From assembly GCA_001724245.1 (NCBI GenBank), contig MEDX01000003.1:59787-79786 (forward strand): a DNA stretch of 20,000 bases. Reading direction: 5' to 3'. Of the stretch, positions 17,482 through 20,000 are shown one piece after another. Below the pieces are notes generated by a model, which was not told the DNA's origin, did not search any database, and saw only the letters and a program-made list of their open reading frames with translations. The translations under genes were made by a program, and so were the position numbers. The stretch is from Fonticula-like sp. SCN 57-25 (taxonomy: Eukaryota). Numbering within the stretch: position 1 is the first letter of the stretch; each line of letters opens with the position of its first letter.

Positions 17482-20000
17482 ATGAGCGCGAGCGCGACTT
17501 CGCCCGAGCCAATGGCCACCACGCCGCCGCTGCCCATGGAAACGGCAGAGCAACCGACTGCGAGCGCAACGGCGTCGTCGTCTAAATCGACCCCGCGCGC
17601 GCAGCCCAGCGCTTTTACAAGCATGCGCGCGCTTTCGGGCGACAAATCGGCTGTCCTCAATGTGAGCGAGCTCGCCGACGTGGTGCACGCGCAGGACGGC
17701 CAAATTTCTCGCAATGCCCTTATCAGCTCGCTTGACGTGCACCCGGACGGAACGCGCCTCGCGACGGGCGGTTTTGGTGCGATCCCGAAGCCTCATTCTT
17801 CCTCTTTGCTAACAAGGCGCCAGACAACACTGTCCGCGTGTGGGATCTCAGGTCGCTCCGCGACGCGGAAAAGCGCAGCGACTCGGCCTTTCCGAAGCTC
17901 CTGACCACGCTGAGCGATCTTCAGGGCAAGGTCATCTGCGTGCGCTGGTCAAAGGACGACGGCAGCCTTCTCGCCGGCGCCGACGACCGCACCATCATCC
18001 TCTGGAAGCGCGCGTACGCACACGATCTCACATTTTTTGGTGCTCAATTTTGTTTAGCGCCAAGACGGCCGGCGGCAACCTTGTCCAGGACGTCGAGCGC
18101 TGGAGCACCGCCGGCACTCTTCACGGCCATCGCCACGGTACGGGCAATATTTGCGTACCCTTTTTCCTCACCTCTTCCGTGCAGATATCCAGCAGATCGC
18201 GTGGTCTTCCGACGGCAACACTCTCGTCTCGTGCGACCTCGACGGCAACGTCTTTGTCTACTCTGTCCGCCCCACCCTCAGTACGCCCTTTCATTGTTTT
18301 TCTCCTCTTCTAACATGCCTTTCTCTCTTTTTCAGCCACCATCAAGACGTTCCGCATTGCCGGCGAGCGCCTCAAAACCATTGCCGTCGACCCCGCCGGC
18401 CAGTACCTCCTCGCGCAGTCCCCCTCTACCGCCTTTATCATCCGCATGTCCGACTATGAACCCGATGGCGCCCTCTCCACCTTTTACCAAGGCTCCTTTG
18501 AACCTCCCGTGATGCGCTCGAGCTGGACCGCCGACGGCGCCCACATTGTCACCTGCAACGGCGTCACCGACGCGCGCCCCGCCGCGCCCATTGTGCAGCG
18601 CCGCAGCTGGCTCAACCCCTCCGAGTGCGTGCCAATCGTGCTCGCCGGCCACCGCGACACTGTCCGCCTCGCCGTCGCCTCCCCTGTCCTGTACGCAGCC
18701 GGCGCCGGCGCCTCCAACTTTACGTGGACGCTCCTCTGCAGCAACGACCGCACCTCGACGCTGTGGCGGCTCGGCGAAGACTCGCGCGACGCGACGCTCC
18801 AAATGGTGTTTACAAACGTCATTTCCGACGTCGCGTGGTTCTCTGACGGCTCTGCTTTTCTCCTGTGCGTCGGCAAGAGCGTTTATCTGTGCGAGCTGGC
18901 GGGAACGCCGCTCGGCGTCGGCGACCCGGTGCCGCGCGCGGCGCTCCAAAAGCAGTGGGCCGACGTCGGCATGCGGCCTGTATCGACCATTCTGCCCGAC
19001 GTGGCGGTGCCGGCGGTGCCGCCGCCGGGGTTCGCGGCAGAGGCGGCGGGGATCGTCGCGGCGGTGCAGCAGCCGCAGAGCCCCGTAAAGGTGACAGTGC
19101 AGGCGCAGAGGAAGGCGGCGATTGCGGCGCCGCTGACGCCGATGCAGACGGGGACGGCGGCGTCGAGCACGGCGAGCGCAGAGCAGCAGGTGAGTGTGAC
19201 AAAGGAAGGTCGCAAGAGAATTCAGCCTGTACTCGTCCAGAGGTACGAATGCAGGGGTTAATTGGAGGGGACTGAAAAGGGTTTAATGGCTTTTTGGTGA
19301 TTTTATGTGTGTGTTTCGGTGCTTTTTGGTACTTTTTCGTGTTTGTTTTGGTGCTTTTTGGCACTTTTTTGGCACTTTTTTGGTACTCTTCATGCCTTTT
19401 TTCATGTTTTTCCAATGCCTTTTTCATGTCTTTCCAATGCCTTTTTGTTACTTTTTAGTGCTTTTTCGGTCCATTCCCATTGCTTTACCTAACACCCCTC
19501 TAGTCTTCAAGAGCAAACACCGACATCTTCCGACACTCCCCCCTCTGACATGCAGCGAAGCGCCGCCGAGTCACGCATGGCCATCGAACTCGTCGGCACT
19601 GCCCAGCCAGTAACGGCGACGGCGGCAGAGGAAAGTGCAGGGGCGAGGCACAGAGCGGCGGACGACGAGGGATCGCCCAGAAAGAAGAAGCGCCACGTGG
19701 TTGCCGTACGAAAGTTGAATTTGATTGGAATGTTACTCACAATGCTCTTTTTAATGCTATTATTGATGATGGTATTAATGCTCTTTTTGATGCTATTATT
19801 AATGTTGTTATTAATGTTGTTTTTTGATGTCGCATTTTTTTAATTTTTGGTCACTTTTCATCATGTTTTCTTCATATTTGTGTCATTTTCACTTTGTTTT
19901 CGTCACTTTTCTACCACTTTTCTGTCACTTTTCTCCACTTTCCACCCCCTTTTCCTTCCACTCCTTTCTTCACAGTCCCTCCCCGTATCCCCTCCCCCAC
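17482..20000 (+). CDS. HIR1: HIRA/Hir1 WD40 histone chaperone, 3'-partial; introns 17777-17823, 18014-18057, 18138-18184, 18281-18335, 19243-19503, 19706-19975
   Basis: ISSLDVHPDGTRLATGG, VICVRWS, VERW...LHGH..DIQQIAWS, DPAGQYL and RSSWTADGAHI, plus the Asf1-binding B-motif QQVSVTKEGRKRIQP. The start codon is uncertain. Confidence 0.9.

Noticed and set aside
19305-19843. Hydrophobic 'membrane protein' ORFs (also 13225-13429 and 16175-16369)
   Set aside because: These are translation artefacts of T-rich intron or UTR sequence.
1-20000. Stop-codon reassignment
   Set aside because: All in-frame stops fall inside well-formed introns, and TAA, TAG and TGA each end at least two reconstructed genes.

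Overview
Gene-dense, GC-rich eukaryotic DNA that looks fungal, probably from an early-diverging lineage (Skn7-type HSF-receiver fusion together with a C9orf72 homologue). I reconstructed 11 protein-coding genes with 34 spliceosomal introns by hand. In order they are: C9orf72-like (5'-partial), a MARVEL membrane protein, SKN7/PRR1-like, INO1, a 59-aa three-exon microprotein absent from the ORF track, an FHA (AGGF1-like) protein, an FN3-GLE1 fusion, a four-finger C2H2 protein, eRF1, a degenerate RNase III-domain protein and HIRA (3'-partial). Four things stand out. (1) Every inferred 5' splice site has C at +4 (consensus GTRCG), suggesting an altered U1/U6 recognition code. (2) Most introns are about 45-65 nt, but the four longest are filled with roughly 10.5-bp-phased T-tracts or a 32-bp repeat. 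(3) Gle1 carries an N-terminal fibronectin-III domain and altered IP6-binding lysines. (4) The hidden microprotein. All family assignments come from motif recognition, with no database searches.
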